From Phoronis australis (taxonomy: Eukaryota; Animalia; Phoronida), in NCBI GenBank assembly GCA_002633005.1, contig NMRA01000286.1:360503-424502 (forward strand): a stretch of DNA of 64,000 nt, read 5' to 3'. The translations under genes were made by a program, and so were the position numbers. A model generated the notes under the pieces. The model made no database searches. It was not told the DNA's origin and saw only the letters and a program-made list of their open reading frames with translations. Of this stretch, positions 1-14,500 are shown piece after piece (the first letter of the stretch is position 1; each line of letters starts with the position of its first letter).

Positions 1-2583
1 AAATGAATAAGGTAGTCTGGACAATTAGGGGAGTCATTTTTAAAAAACAAAATTATATCATAGGCTCGCTTACAGGTACATAAATAGCAACTTAGTTGAA
101 AAGCACAACATATAAATTCAATCTTGGGAAACCAGTTCGTTCTGTTGCAAGTGAATACAAAACACATAGATAATGGTTGACCTAAAGATATGTACAGAGG
201 AAATATGACCAAATAGTAACGGACAAAAGAAGGTGAAAAATAAGAGTTTGAACACTCAAATTCACTGAAGAAAACACAAAAAGATGTATTGAAGATCTCT
301 CACTATGGATAACTTAGCTGTAACACGTTTTAGAATTGATAAAAGGCTACGAGTTCTTACCACTATAGGCCACCCAGTAATGACTGATCAGCTCATGTGT
401 TCGGTGGTGTCTTCTGAATTGAAGTAAACTTTCTCACAGATTGAAACACCAGTTTTCACAGGGATTATTTCAACTTGAAACTCATTATAAACTAAATTAT
501 GGTGACAGACAGTGCTCAACGTGATTTTTTCACGGGCAAGCAGACATTGATAGACGGGTTTTCTCTTGCGTGCCGTATTAGGATTAGGTGTTCATTGTCA
601 TGCACAGAGCTACACCTTCCGCCATACTGTAGCTACTGTACATGTGTGTGTGTGGACGCTCCACTTCAAGGTGGGGTAAGTTGCTCTAGTGCAAGTTGAT
701 ATAGGGTAGGCTGTGTGTGGGCTGTACTTTAGACAAGAAATGTATAGATATACATATTTGGATCACTTTCAACTACTAATTGAGATTTCCAGGTATCTGC
801 AAAATTGTAATTTGTTTTTTATCTGTCTACTTTTGGCTGTGGGTTACTCCACAAGGACGGTTTGTAGCACTGAGCAGCACTGAGGGTATTTCCAGTAGGT
901 TATAAATGCTTCAGGTATTATCGTTGGCATTGTCTCAGGGGTTTGGGGGAGGGGTATGGCCCAATCTCCCATGATAATTGGTTGGAGTTCAGACTTCTCA
1001 GACATGCATCTCTGTGTGTGGTCTTCATGTAGAACCCTCCTAGTAGGCAAGAATTAAGGACTTGCAGAGAAGGTTATGTTGGTATAATCTCAGCCAGTGT
1101 CTCATACATGAACTTCTGATTGAAGTGTCTACTCACTGCTAGGAGATATTGACCATGGTTGTACAACAGACTGCGCGTTATTGGAAGTCCCTGGTTTCCC
1201 ACCGTTAAGCGGTTGGAATTCAGAACTGAGGTTCTTTCACAGATACAGGTTTTGAATGAAATTCACAATTTGGATATCATATTTAGTTACTAAAATTTAA
1301 GAATGCAATCCACCAAATTCGTTACTCAAGACTGATTCTGGTCACAAGCCAATCAATGGTTTTTTATAGTAGACATTAAAGTAGTTACATTCTTTTTCAA
1401 AAGGTGGTATTGTTCTTTTTCCTGTTCTGAGAATCGATCAGCAAGTCATCAGTATAACAAATGTAGCGGAAATAGTACTTAAACCGATTCCATTCTCCAA
1501 GTACGACCAAATTTACTGTTTGTTCTTGTAATCAGGTCTTTAAAAGTCCACTGGTGCCGCAGAAGCATTGCAAACATGTATGAATTTATCAAAGTAATTA
1601 ATAGATCTTAAAATAACTGCAAAATGCCCACTTGTGTTTGGTTGCGTGTGATTATATAACTTTCCTGCTTTCCTGCCAGTATTCTCATCGGCTTCTAAGC
1701 TTCTGTTTTGTTACAACTCATTGGAAATCTCCTCCCTTACATACAGTCTTTGGTGCGTTTGATTGATCAGTGAATGTAATATCCCATAGCTAGGTGCTTA
1801 ATTAAGATAGGTATCCGGATCTTTCACAGGTAAACTTGAAAGCACTCATGAACAGAGTTCTGATCAATAACTGGCCACCTGACACTCGGTTTATCTTACA
1901 CTCACCAGGTGTCACTACATGGCTAAGAAATTCTGATTGATTTTGGAAGTACATTCTGCTCTTGAGTAATTTTTCAACTAGATTGAACATTTTCATTGTG
2001 TTGCTGGCTTTAAGCTTGGTTTGCAAAGTTGCTCTTGGGAGTCGTTGGCCAAAATTCGAAGCATAAACTAGCCCATCATGTCATGCATAAAATTCCAGTG
2101 GTCCAACTTGTCTGAGATTGTAATGTACAGGCTAATTAACTTCAATCTGAACCTCTTGATTTATAACCAATTAACAACTGCAGTACCTCATTAACTACCA
2201 AACTTCCAAATGATGTCTTCACAGTGGCATTTGCCAGCATCAGGATTGGGGAAATTAATCGATTGCTAAATAACAAGGGTTGGAGATTTAAATGTTATCC
2301 CCTGTAAGTAATGGTTGGAGAGTGTGGCGTTGTCTGTCAGTCGCGGTGTTCTAATTCGCAAACCAGGTGTTTTTTCATTCCTATAATCATTTGTCAAGGT
2401 TTGGTTTCCTTCAGAGTAGACTTCTCATTAAGAGCCTGGTGACAAATATAATATATGGTTGTTTTTGTGCGATGGGCCCCACCTTGTGACCTGACCAGGT
2501 CTAATGCGCTGCTTAAGTTATCAGACCACCTCTACCCTTTTCTGTTACCACAGCAGTGTATCTTGTATTGCTATCTGAATACA

Positions 2584-2820
2584 GTTAAATATCACCAATT
2601 TAGTACAAATATAATCGCCCAAATTGCCGCACTTTCATTTTTCAAGGGCTTCCAACATGGCTGTGGGTGCCCACAAGTTTTGTTGCGAAATATTTTCTGA
2701 TGGTAGCTTTGGTACAGAACTTGAACATACGATAGTTTTAATTTGGAGCTGTATATCTTTCATAGAAGAATTTCAATTGGAAATAAAATTTCGCTTGTCA
2801 GCCATGTTGTGTCCTAAATT
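2584..2820 (+). repeat. Dispersed repeat family A, copy 1 (about 230 nt, diverged)
   Basis: Shares aaat(a/c)tcacca...caagg(g/t)cttc(c/t)aac...tggtagct..ggtaca...cagccat(g/a)ttgtgtcctaa with copies near 3721, 18336 (-), 19915 and 31025 (-). Confidence 0.7.
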
Positions 2821-2852
2821 GAGGAGATTTTAAGGTAAAAAGTCAGAAATTT

Positions 2853-3503
2853 CAGTGCTCGACACTTAGCTTAATGCTAATGCACATTTGGCAACCTGGC
2901 AAATATCTGAGTTTGCCAAATGAAATCTGTGGTCACTGGTCGCCAAAGCTGAAAATCCCAGGTTGCTAAATGAAATCTGGGGTTGCCGTAAAAATCATTG
3001 ACAAGAAGGTTGTATGGCCGTATCATGCCCTGTTCGCAGTATCTTACGCGTACCTCTCCAGTTTCTCCGGTAAATATGCGTAAATATTCTCTAACTCAAT
3101 TCCTCCAGCCAACAAACATGGAACACAAACAATTGCATGCACTGCTGGGACGTATTTCACTGACCTTGCGTGAATTTTCCCGAACAATTCCGACTTCCAT
3201 CTGTTCCCTTCCTGTTGCAATTTAAGCGCATGTTTGATGTGTGCTGACTGCTGTAGTGGCAAATACATTGATTTCACAAAATAAAGGAAATAATTATGAA
3301 TCAAATGTATGAAATCAAAGAAAACTGTTAGTAATTTAAAGTTTGGAAGTCAACACAAACTTTGAAATAAAAATTTAGAGGAAATTATTGTCTGACTTCG
3401 ATAATCGCATTGGCAATTTTGTGGCGACTTCAGATTTTTCCCAAGTTACCAAACACAATCTGAGGCCGCATTGGCAACCTGCAAGTTGCCAAATCGAGTG
3501 CTG
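2853..3503. mobile_element. Degenerate MITE-like element, possibly hAT-derived
   Basis: Imperfect TIR cagtgctcga / tcgagtgctg (8/10) with repeated subterminal ttggcaac / gttgccaa motifs at both ends; no intact TSD seen. Confidence 0.45.
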
Positions 3504-3720
3504 AATTAACATATTTCTTATTTTGACGTCATTTGCTTTCCACTCGGACATTTGTATCTGGTGAAATGCAGCACTGGTATCTAAGTAGCCTCAATAGTTC
3601 TGTGTTAGTTTGCTCTCACTATAATGACAATACCGTACTTTCTTGTAGCAGTGATGACAGGCCATCTGGTTGTGCTGGGATATATTTCAGCTTTACAGTG
3701 TCATTAGAAGAGCCATGCTT

Positions 3721-3898
3721 ATGGTCAAATCTCACCAATTTTGTGCTAAAACAACCATCAAAGTTTTTTTGTTTTTCCGTTTCCAAGGTCTTCTAACTTT
3801 GTTGTAAATACCCATTACCTTTTAAAATATTTTTCATGGTAGCCTATGGTGCACAACTTGAAAATGTTAAAACCATCAATTACCTTTTCATGTCCTGA
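3721..3898 (+). repeat. Dispersed repeat family A, copy 2 (partial)
   Basis: aaatctcaccaatttt...caaggtcttctaac...tggtagcctatggtgcacaacttgaa aligns by eye with copies 1 and 4. Confidence 0.65.
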
Positions 3899-6762
3899 CC
3901 ATAAGTCATTTAGCTCAAAATGAAGTTGCTTTATTCACCAGCTGATGGGCAGTAGAGTCCCTTTCACTTGACAATTGTCAATGATTTAGCAAAAGTCTCC
4001 TTTTGTGAAGAGGCTAACAAAGTTAAGTCTAAGTAGTTGTCAGAAGTCTGTTGTGGCTGAAAAGCAACATTGCGTACTATGATTTGGGACAGTTGGAATT
4101 CTTAAAGGGTGAAGGAATTTCAGTTGACAACTGTCATCTCTTCAGTTGTCAAGAACATCAGATCTTCAGCAAAAACCAGTTCTTACTTTTAGACAGAATA
4201 ATAAGTTTTACTGGTATTGCCATATCTTTAACAATCCATATTTTAACTCGTCGTCATAAATTGTTTCGGAACAAGAAGTTGCAGAAGTTATGATTTTGGT
4301 GTTGGATGTCTATAATTACTTGTCTGACAGATTGTTAATTGTGGTGAACCCAAACTGGCATTGTACACCACCCGTGACTAATCCCATCTCAAATTGCCAA
4401 ATACTGGCTAATTTAATTTCATGCTCTATATACTCTTTTTCTGGAATAGCCATAACTGCCTTTCACTTTGATTAATAGTCTTTTCTGACATTTGTGGGTT
4501 TGGTTTTTTTCGTTTCTGGAAACATTTTAATTTTGAGCGCATGGTTTTGTGGAGTGAGGTAGTGATGTCACAAGGTACATGGTAACATTCATAACAGGGC
4601 TCCTCCACGCTTAACACACCGTTAATTTGACAAGTGTGAGCTGAGGTTGGTAAGAACAGAAATTGAAATAGACGAGATACCTGAAGTGAAAAGCTGGTGA
4701 ACTCGGCTAATGTCCACTGGTACGCCCAAGGTCACCCAATCGGTGTTTCTTTTTTGCATGAATCGAAAATTAGGAGCATCCCACGTGCTAGTTAACAACC
4801 TATTTCCTTGGGCCTATTATCTTGCGTGTAGGTACACCTCCTGGGGCAGCCGACCACGATTGAGCCCTTTCGAGTTTTGCTAGATCATTCCTACATCCTG
4901 TAGTATTTTTGGTACATGCTTGGATGTGGCGTGGCGAATTCATGGCAATCTTGTACTTTTACTAGGTCGTCAAACAAAATCTGAGGTCACATGTGCGACC
5001 AGGTCACCAAATCAAGCCCTGCATAATATCTTGTGGGGGGAAGGTTTAGATGAAATTTTTTTGCAAAAATATCGTGTAGGTTATTTTTTCAAACTGTATT
5101 TCAAAAACATTTGGCAAAGATTAATAATTTTCATTAGAAAATCTTATACTTAATCATTCTAACTGGTGATGCTGTCCTAATCTTGTTCTTGCTCAGTAAC
5201 ACTTTTATTTTTATCAATAGGTGTCTCTGTAGTGCAACACACTTGAAAAATATTCCAAGTGAATTTGGAACTCCCTTGTCTCTACTGTTTCCCTACCACT
5301 TCATGTCTTCATCTTCACATGTTATTTTAAGGTGTCATTCAAGTTTGACCGCAGGACAGTTGCCTTTTTGCCGTCTTACAAATATCGCCTGTCATACCTA
5401 CGACATTGTCACAAACGATTTGATCACTGCACTGACAAGATTTCAATAGTGTCTCCATAGTGTTCTTTAAAGATTACACCCACTAGAAAGGCTAGTAGTA
5501 GTCACATTGGTACTCCCATTCTTCTCCAACTATGCTTTCATTAGGTTTTTGCCAGCCAATCCAAACACGCAATTGATACAATGTTGATTTAAACCTTCAT
5601 GTTCACCCAACTTCAATACACCTGTATTGCGCCCACTGCATTTGAATGCTCCACTCTTATAAAGGTGTCAGTGTAGTGTGACCTGCGGAAAGCCATAAAA
5701 CGATGATTGCTATATATCCCTCTCTATTTGAGTGTAGGACTGTTATCACATAGTAGTGATAAAGGTGAGGGGCAAGTCGGATACTTACACTGATATGACC
5801 AAGTCATCGCCATTGACCTATTGACATGTGATTTGCTGGACAGATCTTTTGTACAGTACCTGTGCCCTACGTGCGTGGAGTATATGGTTGACGCTACGTT
5901 TTGGTACCTCAGTGTTTTATCATGTAGCAATGGAATTCACTCAGTGATTGTTAGCACCCTCAGAGACTGTGTTTGGCAAAGGAATGAGAGGATGATTTGG
6001 ACTGCCACCCCTCTCTCTGCCTCTAGGAGATGAGGTTGAAGTCCTGCTGTTTTGGTGTAGGTATTCCTGACAAGACACTTCCCGCGTTTTGTATACCACC
6101 TGTGTATTGATTTGGAAACCAGACCAGTTTCACCCAAAGCCTTCACCTGTACCAAGTAGAGAAAGCATATGGAGGAAACAAGTGTTTTGAATGATCTGTT
6201 CTATGCAAATGTTATCCATTGTTTTAATAGATAGTCATCTTTTTGATAATTGTCATGGAGGATTGGTATGAAATGAGCCCTCATCATTCCTGTGTTTTGT
6301 ATATACAGCATTCTCACTCTGTTTTGCAACTTGACTTCCACAATTGCTAATGGATTTAACTTGGTTTTCATCATCAGGAAATTGAATTAGTCAAATTTTG
6401 TCTTATCCAATTTTGGATTTGCTTTAGTAAACATTTCAATCACCAATTTTGTTGGGTATTGGCTATTCAAAATTTAACATTTATTACTGTAGGCGTTATC
6501 TGTGATCATACATGACCTTATTTTCAATACCTCAGCTGAATATTTACTCCCTGACAACAGGTGGTATAAATTGATTTAACTATACCATAAACTACATCTC
6601 CTGCATACAAATGTGTTAATACATACAGTGGCCCACTTTTGAAATAAAAACTTGTGAGTTTGTTGCATACATTTGAGTTGTATCACAAACTTGCTTGTGT
6701 CAAAGGTTATTGCGGAGTAGTGTGTGAAATGGCTCATGTCTCATTTGTGCTCATCATTTGTG

Positions 6763-6783
6763 CCCCCNCCCCCCCCCCCCCCC
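6763..6783. repeat. Poly-C tract containing an ambiguous base (N at 6768)
   Basis: Read directly from the sequence; tract length is probably uncertain in the assembly. Confidence 0.9.
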
Positions 6784-8435
6784 GGTTAGGGGAGTTGATG
6801 GATTTTATGGTAATTTTCACCTATTTAGCACACAGTATTGTAGGCTGGTGAGATTTTATTTTATCAGAATTTAACAACAAAAATGCTTCATTTTGGCTTG
6901 GTTTGTACTGTGCAGATGTCATCTAGTAACATTTGGTAAATTATCTATTATTTGCAGCCGCATTATCAACCTTTGGAAAATGGAAAGTGATAATTTTAGC
7001 AATTATCTTTGTGTGAAATAAGTGAAGAATTACTTTAATATTTACAAAAATTTTATGTTGTTGTGACTCAGACATTTGGATCACGTGCTGCTGTCTACGT
7101 TTGTGAGTGGAGGCATGTCTACATATCTAGAAGTGGATTTCAATAGAGGATGAAGTGAAATTCTTGACCTGTATGTCCCTGGGTGGTGCCAGAGATGGTG
7201 ACTCTGGTCATGTAAACACCACTACACAGTCACTAGTTGCCCTTTGTGTTTGCACACCTTCAAGTTGCTTCTTGGGGCTAACATGTCGCACTTTTTTGAA
7301 TGGAACATTTGTGCTTGTAGTGTCAGCTTGTTCTGCTAAGGCTCTCATTCAGTTGAAAAGATTTATACAGTTGTGAATACATTGTACTTGATATTTGAAT
7401 TGGTTAGTCTGTCAATTCCAAGTCAGACCCTGAGGCCTACCAACTTGGGAGCAAGAAGTGAAAGATTCCTTGTCAAAACTAATTTACAGTATTCGTGCAT
7501 TGATGGCATTGACTCATGAACAAACATTAGTTTTGCCATTTAGTCACTGGTTTGAGTGAAATTTTTATTTTGTGGTCAAATCCCCATGGAGTGCACAACA
7601 ACAATTGTGTTGTTTGCTCTTGGTGGCTCTCCAGAGCAAAGATCATGAGGTTGAAAATGATGTCATAGAGATGAATCCTCATCAGTTTTAAGAAACATTG
7701 AAGCTGATTTCAGTAGAAGTCTAGTGTTCTGCGAAGTGTATGCACCTTAATATTGTTAAAGTTTGGTGGCGATCTGTGACTTACCTTTTCAGGTATTCCT
7801 TGGAAACTAGTTGGCTGAAGTTAAACTAACATTCATCATAATGCAGTCTTTATACTTCCAGAGAATTTGATGAAAACGGTTATGAATTGTGAAAAGTTGT
7901 TCTGTGAAAAATTGTTTGCAACGCAAGGCGACAGTTTAACGAACTGCATTATGCAATACCCAGTGTGATTGCATTTGAAGTTAATCTTTTTTATTGGCAG
8001 AAAGGTGCATCTTCTGCATTGCACTTGCGGCCATTTGCTGCGTGTACACATCCAGCCTCCCAGTACTAGGTCTTCCAACGATATTGAGGCAGAAATGATT
8101 GAAGGAGAGGCACGCTGCCGTCACAGGAGGAAAGTGTCCATAGCAACTAAACTGTGCTAGGACATACCTGATAATTACTTCCTTCTTCTCATGGTCTCTG
8201 TTGCACTGATACACGATGATCATCCTGGAAAAATTGGGAAAATTGTCACACCTTTGTCTAGTTCCGCCTGGCTAATTTGAATCCCAACTTGAAGTCATCT
8301 TGTAAGAAGGCAACATGTGCTGTTGCAACTCACCATCTTGACACAGCCGTAGCTACAGCCTTGCGCTCTCTTTTTCTTTAAACAAAGCTGTCCTGTCTTT
8401 TCTCTTATTAAACTTTTTTCACTTTTCTTTTGTAG

Positions 8436-8563
8436 CTCGTGGCTGCTGACAACAGCACGTCGGACAATGCGTCGTCCACGGGGGCAGAGTCGAACCAGGG
8501 TCAAGATATGCCACCCCAAGAGAGGGTGGGTGGTATAGGAGACAGTAGGCCGCCATCGTTCCA
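8436..8563 (+). CDS. dvl: Dvl exon immediately after the DIX domain (LVAADN...[15 protein letters not shown])
   Basis: Polypyrimidine tract + tgtag acceptor; CA|gtaagt donor; phase 0/2; conserved [11 protein letters not shown] motif. Confidence 0.95.
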
Positions 8564-11500
8564 GTAAGTCATGGCTGGGGTCCTGAGGTTCCGTACGAAC
8601 CAATGGTCTTAGAGAATTTTCACGTCACAGCAGAATCCTTGACCTGAGGTGTCTAGGGTTGACTATCTACTCTAGGCACTAGCATGGATGAGGAGCATTG
8701 CACAGGTTTAATTGCTTTTTTGGTGGTTTGAAAGCAGAGTGTGTCACCTGAATAAAATTGTTCACTGTACATTGGTTTCAAGTAGCATTGTTAAGGACAA
8801 AAATGTGCTACTCAGGACAGAGTATGAATAAACGCATTAGTTTTGTGCATTGGTGTAGTCAGTCCTGTATGCAGAAACATGATTATTTCTCGTGTTCTCC
8901 TTTAAAAAGTCCCTCGTTAATTTTATTAGTCTAAATATTCCATGTCGCTGTTATGATAAAGCCCCAAACCCAACGAATCTCCAAAGTTTAAACCCAACTT
9001 AGATTGAATATTCTCTGTTGTTCTTGAATACGAGTTAAAGATGAATGTTTTGGACCATTCACCGTTATGGCCATTTTCAGGATACAAACCGTATGCTTTA
9101 GAAGGAGGAGTGGGGGATTGTTGCCAATGTTGCTTTTAAGGTCTTAAAAATGGCGATGTCAAATTATAGAATTCAACGTTTTAATTACTTCTCACATCAT
9201 AAAACATGATTAAGGAACCAATAGCAATATGCCATTTGACTTTGAAGCACACGTGATATAAATACATAGACCTTGTAAAAATGTCACCATTCTTGACAAC
9301 TTTCAGGGTAAGGAGGTAGTGGGAAAAGTGTACAGTTTGTACGCTCGTGAAAATGGTGATAATTGTGAGCAGTCCCTTGTCATTTTGTGCTTGAGTACAT
9401 TACGATTTATGCAGATGATTACATAAAGCATGCTCGCACTTGTTGACCATAAAGGTGCAAATTTAAATTGGAAATGGAAATTTAGAGTCTGAACACAAGT
9501 TTGTAGACTGAATCTAGGGGTTGTCAAGTGCAAACTTTGATTATGTACTCATTTTGCATAAATCATGACATATATGAAGCCAAAGACACCTAAAGAAGAA
9601 CAGAACTTATCCAAAAAGTTGGGAGTTGGAGATAGAGATGAGAATTCAAGCACATAGGTCATTTGGTTGAACTCTGTGATATTTTTTTTGTTTGTAGGGT
9701 CTTTTGAAGTCAAAAACATTTGAGAATGTAAACTTTTATGTCAAGTTTGACAATTATTTTTGTGAAATGCTGTATTAACAATTATGTTGTTGCTGAAGTG
9801 AGAGCCGTGATATGTAGGTGGGTATCCTACTGTAAACAGACACTTGGTGATTTTTTTATTTAAAGGTCTGTCCATTTTGCCAGTCTCGTGAAAATTTTTT
9901 ACATAGTCATTTGGAATTATCAGTATGATTTCTGTTTTGTCATTATTTGGGCTTGGAAGCCCCAGGCAAAACATCAACACAATATAGAAAATCAAGAACA
10001 CGTGAAAATGTCTCGGGTCGTCTTACTACACTTAAGAGATGCTCTGACATTCAGTTAGCATTCTTTGTTTTTTTGTTTATGTGTTTAATTCGTCAGGTGT
10101 GTAGTGAATTGCCTTGGGAACTATCTGATGTGTTCTTGATAGGCATTGATGAGCTGTGCTAGTTTCCAAGAGGCCTTTACCATGTGGGAAAAATGCTCGT
10201 TGTCAGGGAAACCTATCAGTCGTAAAAAAGGGGTTATTGAGATTTTCTGTCTGGAGTGATCCTCCATGGTCAGTTAAAATTTTGAAATTTAATTTCCATG
10301 TTTTTCTTTTAGTTTTGTTTACAAACAGTAAACAAAGACTTGGCGACCAAAACAGGTCGTCAGGGGTAAAAAACGTCCTCTCTGAAGTGCGATTTACAGG
10401 GGAAGAGCTGGGGGCTCTGGCAAAGATCAAAGAAATTGCAGTATTCATGGTTCTCTGTGGGCCGAAATCCAAATATAATGCATCTTGTTTTTGTGTCCTA
10501 GTCTTCCTTTCTGTTGATACCCAGAAACAACTTAAATTTATCATTATCTCATTCGGTGATTTGCAACGAGCCTTGTCTGGGTATATTGCAAGACATTCGT
10601 TGTTAGACTGGAAGTTTGTTGAAAGAATATATATGAACTCAATTACCCCTACATCGTAGACGTTATGAGTTTATATATCTGAGTTTTTTGTGTTTCGATT
10701 CCTCGTAGCGAATATGGTTGTCAAGAAGTTGTGATCTCATTCTAGAGTTAACATCAAATTTCACTGTGCTATGTTTTAGCGCCAATGCTGGAAAAGAGTA
10801 TGACAATCTGGAAAATGACTCGGTAGGCGAGTCGTGCACAGACACAGAATCGTTGCTAAGCAACAGACGAGCACCAGGTATGTAAGTGACTGTTGTAAAC
10901 AGTTTTGTATTGCAAAAAAGCAAATTTGACATGACTTGTGCATAATATGTTATGTTGTGGTGTGGCATTGTTTGTCTGAGCTTGCTTGACACATTGCTGA
11001 ATAGGAAGATGGTGGTTCTATGGTATGGGTAAATGAATGATGTTTGTTTGATATATTATGTCTGACAGTGGGTGCTGCTTCCTGTTGGTTTGTGTTGTGA
11101 CCAATAGATGGCAGTTGAGGTCTCATTCATCTGTGCCTTGTGAACAAAGCAAGATGGACTAACGTGACCTAGTTCATCATAGCTGTTGATAACTAATTCT
11201 GTTTCTGATAACATCTGTTTTTATTGTTTAATTTTTGGCTGTAAACCTCTCAAATCTTGATGCTTTTTACAAATTTTTACATGCGATACCATTTATTTTC
11301 TTAATTATTTTAATGAAAATATTTTTAAATCGTGATTTTATTTTGTGGTTTTGCTCCTTGTGGCATTTTCTTTGTTCAGAATTCTGTCTATAAATTATTC
11401 TGTAGTAAACCCTTTTATCAAAAAAGATAGATGGTAAATGTAAAAGGTTTAGCTTCTGACTTGTTGATTCATAATAGTAACAGAAATATTGACCCCACTA

Positions 11501-14500
11501 TTGACTATGATCAAGAGGTCAACTAAAACTATAAAAGCTATAATTCTATTGTGAATTTCAGTCTTCAGCAGATGTTTTTGATAAAAATCAAATTTGTATG
11601 ACAAGCATTTGGTTTTGTTTCTTGGTGACAGTATTGTAAACACTTGACTTCACTGTTCACACGTCCTATTTGAAAATAAGACATTAAGTTTCAAATAAAG
11701 TTCCCTTCATTCGTATGATTGGCCAACAAGTACTCTTTGTGTACTGTCACGTGAAGTTATTTAAATCGTTTGATAAGCAAGATTTTTGCCATGTCCTTGG
11801 CATCATGTCTGTTTGCACATATCCTAATTAGCCCCTGGCCTTGGGACGTCTCACATCCTTATCTAGAACTATTTTAAGTAGCTGATCATCAATACTTGAG
11901 CCAAAATCTCTGTGGGTCACTTAGTCCAAGCACCTCTTCAATTACTAATTAGGTATGTCCATTCAACCATAATACTTGTCCCCTTGGATAGATTCTCCCT
12001 CATAGTATGCAGTTTTCTTTATATACCGGTTGTGGCCTTGGAATTCTATTGCACGCTACACCTTTTTGAACTCAACCACCAGGCACTTTATCTTGTTCAT
12101 GGCAAATTCACCATTAGTTGATAATTTTTGGCAACTTAAGTTGATGGCTTTCATGAGAGAAAGGGGAAATCATTCTTCATTCTGTTCTTTGTAAAGCCAT
12201 TTTAAACTGGCCGTTATGTGATTATGGGGTTGTCACAACAATGAGCCAGGCAGCAGTGATATGCTATGCACATTTTTCCTAGGGCTCTCTGGCCATTCTT
12301 CTGTGCTAGACATGAAAAGGCTGGCATTCAAACATTGTGCTTCAGTGCCTGGTCAGATCAGAAGTTAAATTAGTCTGGAATACTAAAATTCCCATTATCC
12401 AGGATTGGGTATCCAGGAATAGCCCTCGATGGCGTGGGGACTCTTTTGCTGACGTGTAGACTTGTCTTCAGGTTATGTGCAGTTCCCCATGGAGCGCTAC
12501 GAGTTGTATTGAATTTCAGATCACATTTGTCGGAAATGTTCTTGGATAATTGGATGTTGGATGAAACACGTCAACTTCAAAGATTCATGGTGTTATTGTA
12601 CTGCTGAAAATTGTGCAAACACTTTCTGATCAAATACTTCTGTCTAGGATGTGAATTAATGTCGATCCTTTTCAGGAGGTGTCAGTTTTTTGAAACTTGA
12701 CGCAAGTTGGTCTAAAATGCGCAGCTAACATGCCGTTTGTGATGGGATTAGAACTGGAAACCTGTGAAATGAGGCCTGAGGAATAAACAGGGCATTTTGT
12801 CTACAAGTCGTGAACATGTGCCGGTGAGAGGGTGGTATTTTGATCTCTGTTAATTCACGCCTCAGGCTACTTGCACAAGTGAAACCAGTGTTTTCTTGTG
12901 TAAGAGTGTTGTTTGACTCTTTGACGTTTTGCCTGAAGCCCATCTGTTGAACTGAAAAAGGCAAAGTTTGATAGACAGTTACTTCAGTCTCATGATTTGT
13001 TGGAAAGTTGATGGGCCTGTTACTCGAAGAATTTGTTGGCTTTCTTCTTTTGGCTAAAATCTGACTTCAGGTAGCTTACATGTTTCACAAAACTGGCCTA
13101 GGCTGAAGGCCAGAAAATCTGTCTACAATTCGAGATCAAAAGACAGAAAATGGCAGTGTGCTAGACAGAAGACAAAATGTTTCAAGAAGCATATAAGAGA
13201 AAAAGTGAATTTCTGGCTATTTATAGTCAAATTTGTGACGTTTGACTAAAGTCCAAAGACAAAAGCTAACACTCTCGTGGAGAAACGGACACAGGTCTTG
13301 TGAATGTTGATCCCAGCCTCCAGCTTACTTACTACTTGGATACTTAAGTTTTGGATTGGTTTCCTTAATTGGATCAGAAGGGCTCCTAAGTAATTTGAAG
13401 GAATTTGTTTGTTCACCATCTATACACTAATCCTTCAGCTGGAAATCTCCCTAGTGAATAGCTTGTGGTATGCTGTTTTGCTTGCGCCCTGTCAACCTTA
13501 TCAAAGTATTAATGTAGGACTTCCCACTCTTCCATGTATGATAGTGCACCAGGTGGGGGCCAGAGAACAACGTCTCCATTCACCAGCTCTTATTTCGTTG
13601 GTAGTCCTCAATTCAGATCACTAGCTTGAATCCTGGCTAGAGGCTGTATGACTTCTGAACTGTACATCTGTACAGTTGTTTGATGGGTTACTTACCTTTC
13701 GTAACAGTGAAAGACAGTTCTGATTTGTTGAGGGTTTTAGTGGTTGGAATTGCGATACACGTGGTGTTAGGAGGACTTGCTGGTTGCTGCAACAGTGGAT
13801 AGATGTCTCTCGCTATAGAGAAGGGCTGGCGTAATTTTGGCTTGAAAAACAACATATCTGTGGTCTTGTAATTGTTTTCTGAAAAAAGACAAGTCACTGT
13901 GTTGAGAAATAATTGTCTAAGTGCCATAATGAATATTTTTTGGTCAGTAAACTAGTACAAGATATTTGCTTGGAAATTCTTTTCAGTGACTGTTTAAATG
14001 CAAGTATTGTTAGTTGTGTCTGAGACAAATATTCTCTGTGCGGAATTCAGTTCGAATGTTTGCTGTCGTGTGTCAGCTCTTGTTTTGTCGTCGTCGTCAC
14101 TGTCCGTGTTTGGTGAGTTTCGTATAACGTTTGGATTGATCCGTGCCCCTAAGGCTAGTCTTCTTTACATAGTGTGAATGCACCTTGTTGGTGTTCTGGT
14201 TCCAGTAACAGTTCTCTCCTTTCCACTGACTGGACAACATGTGCCTGTCTTTCGATCTACAACAACAGTGAAGCCAGGAAGCACAGAAGCTGATTGTTTG
14301 TTTAAATGCCTTGACCAAACGTACTTTTGTAATCGACAGCAAACTGTTTGTATCTGTTTTGTCACACTCTGAAAATCACGTCTAGTTCTTTGTAACTAGT
14401 TTGTTGTATGTTTGCGCAGTAATTTGCCACCGATGTTTTGTGGATTGAAGAATATTTTGAGTTTTCTAATTTGTGCATACACGCGGTACATTCTTATTAG

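Noticed and set aside
1-8435. DIX-domain exons of Dvl (YH...TPY, VVKEE...LPCFNGRVVSW)
   Set aside because: A scan for CFNG-like codons followed by W and a GT donor found nothing; these exons probably lie upstream of the window.
10156-10659. 167-aa ORF and overlapping 113-aa antisense ORF
   Set aside because: No ATG at the listed start of the longer ORF, composition typical of T-rich intron translation, no recognisable domain and no fitting splice sites.
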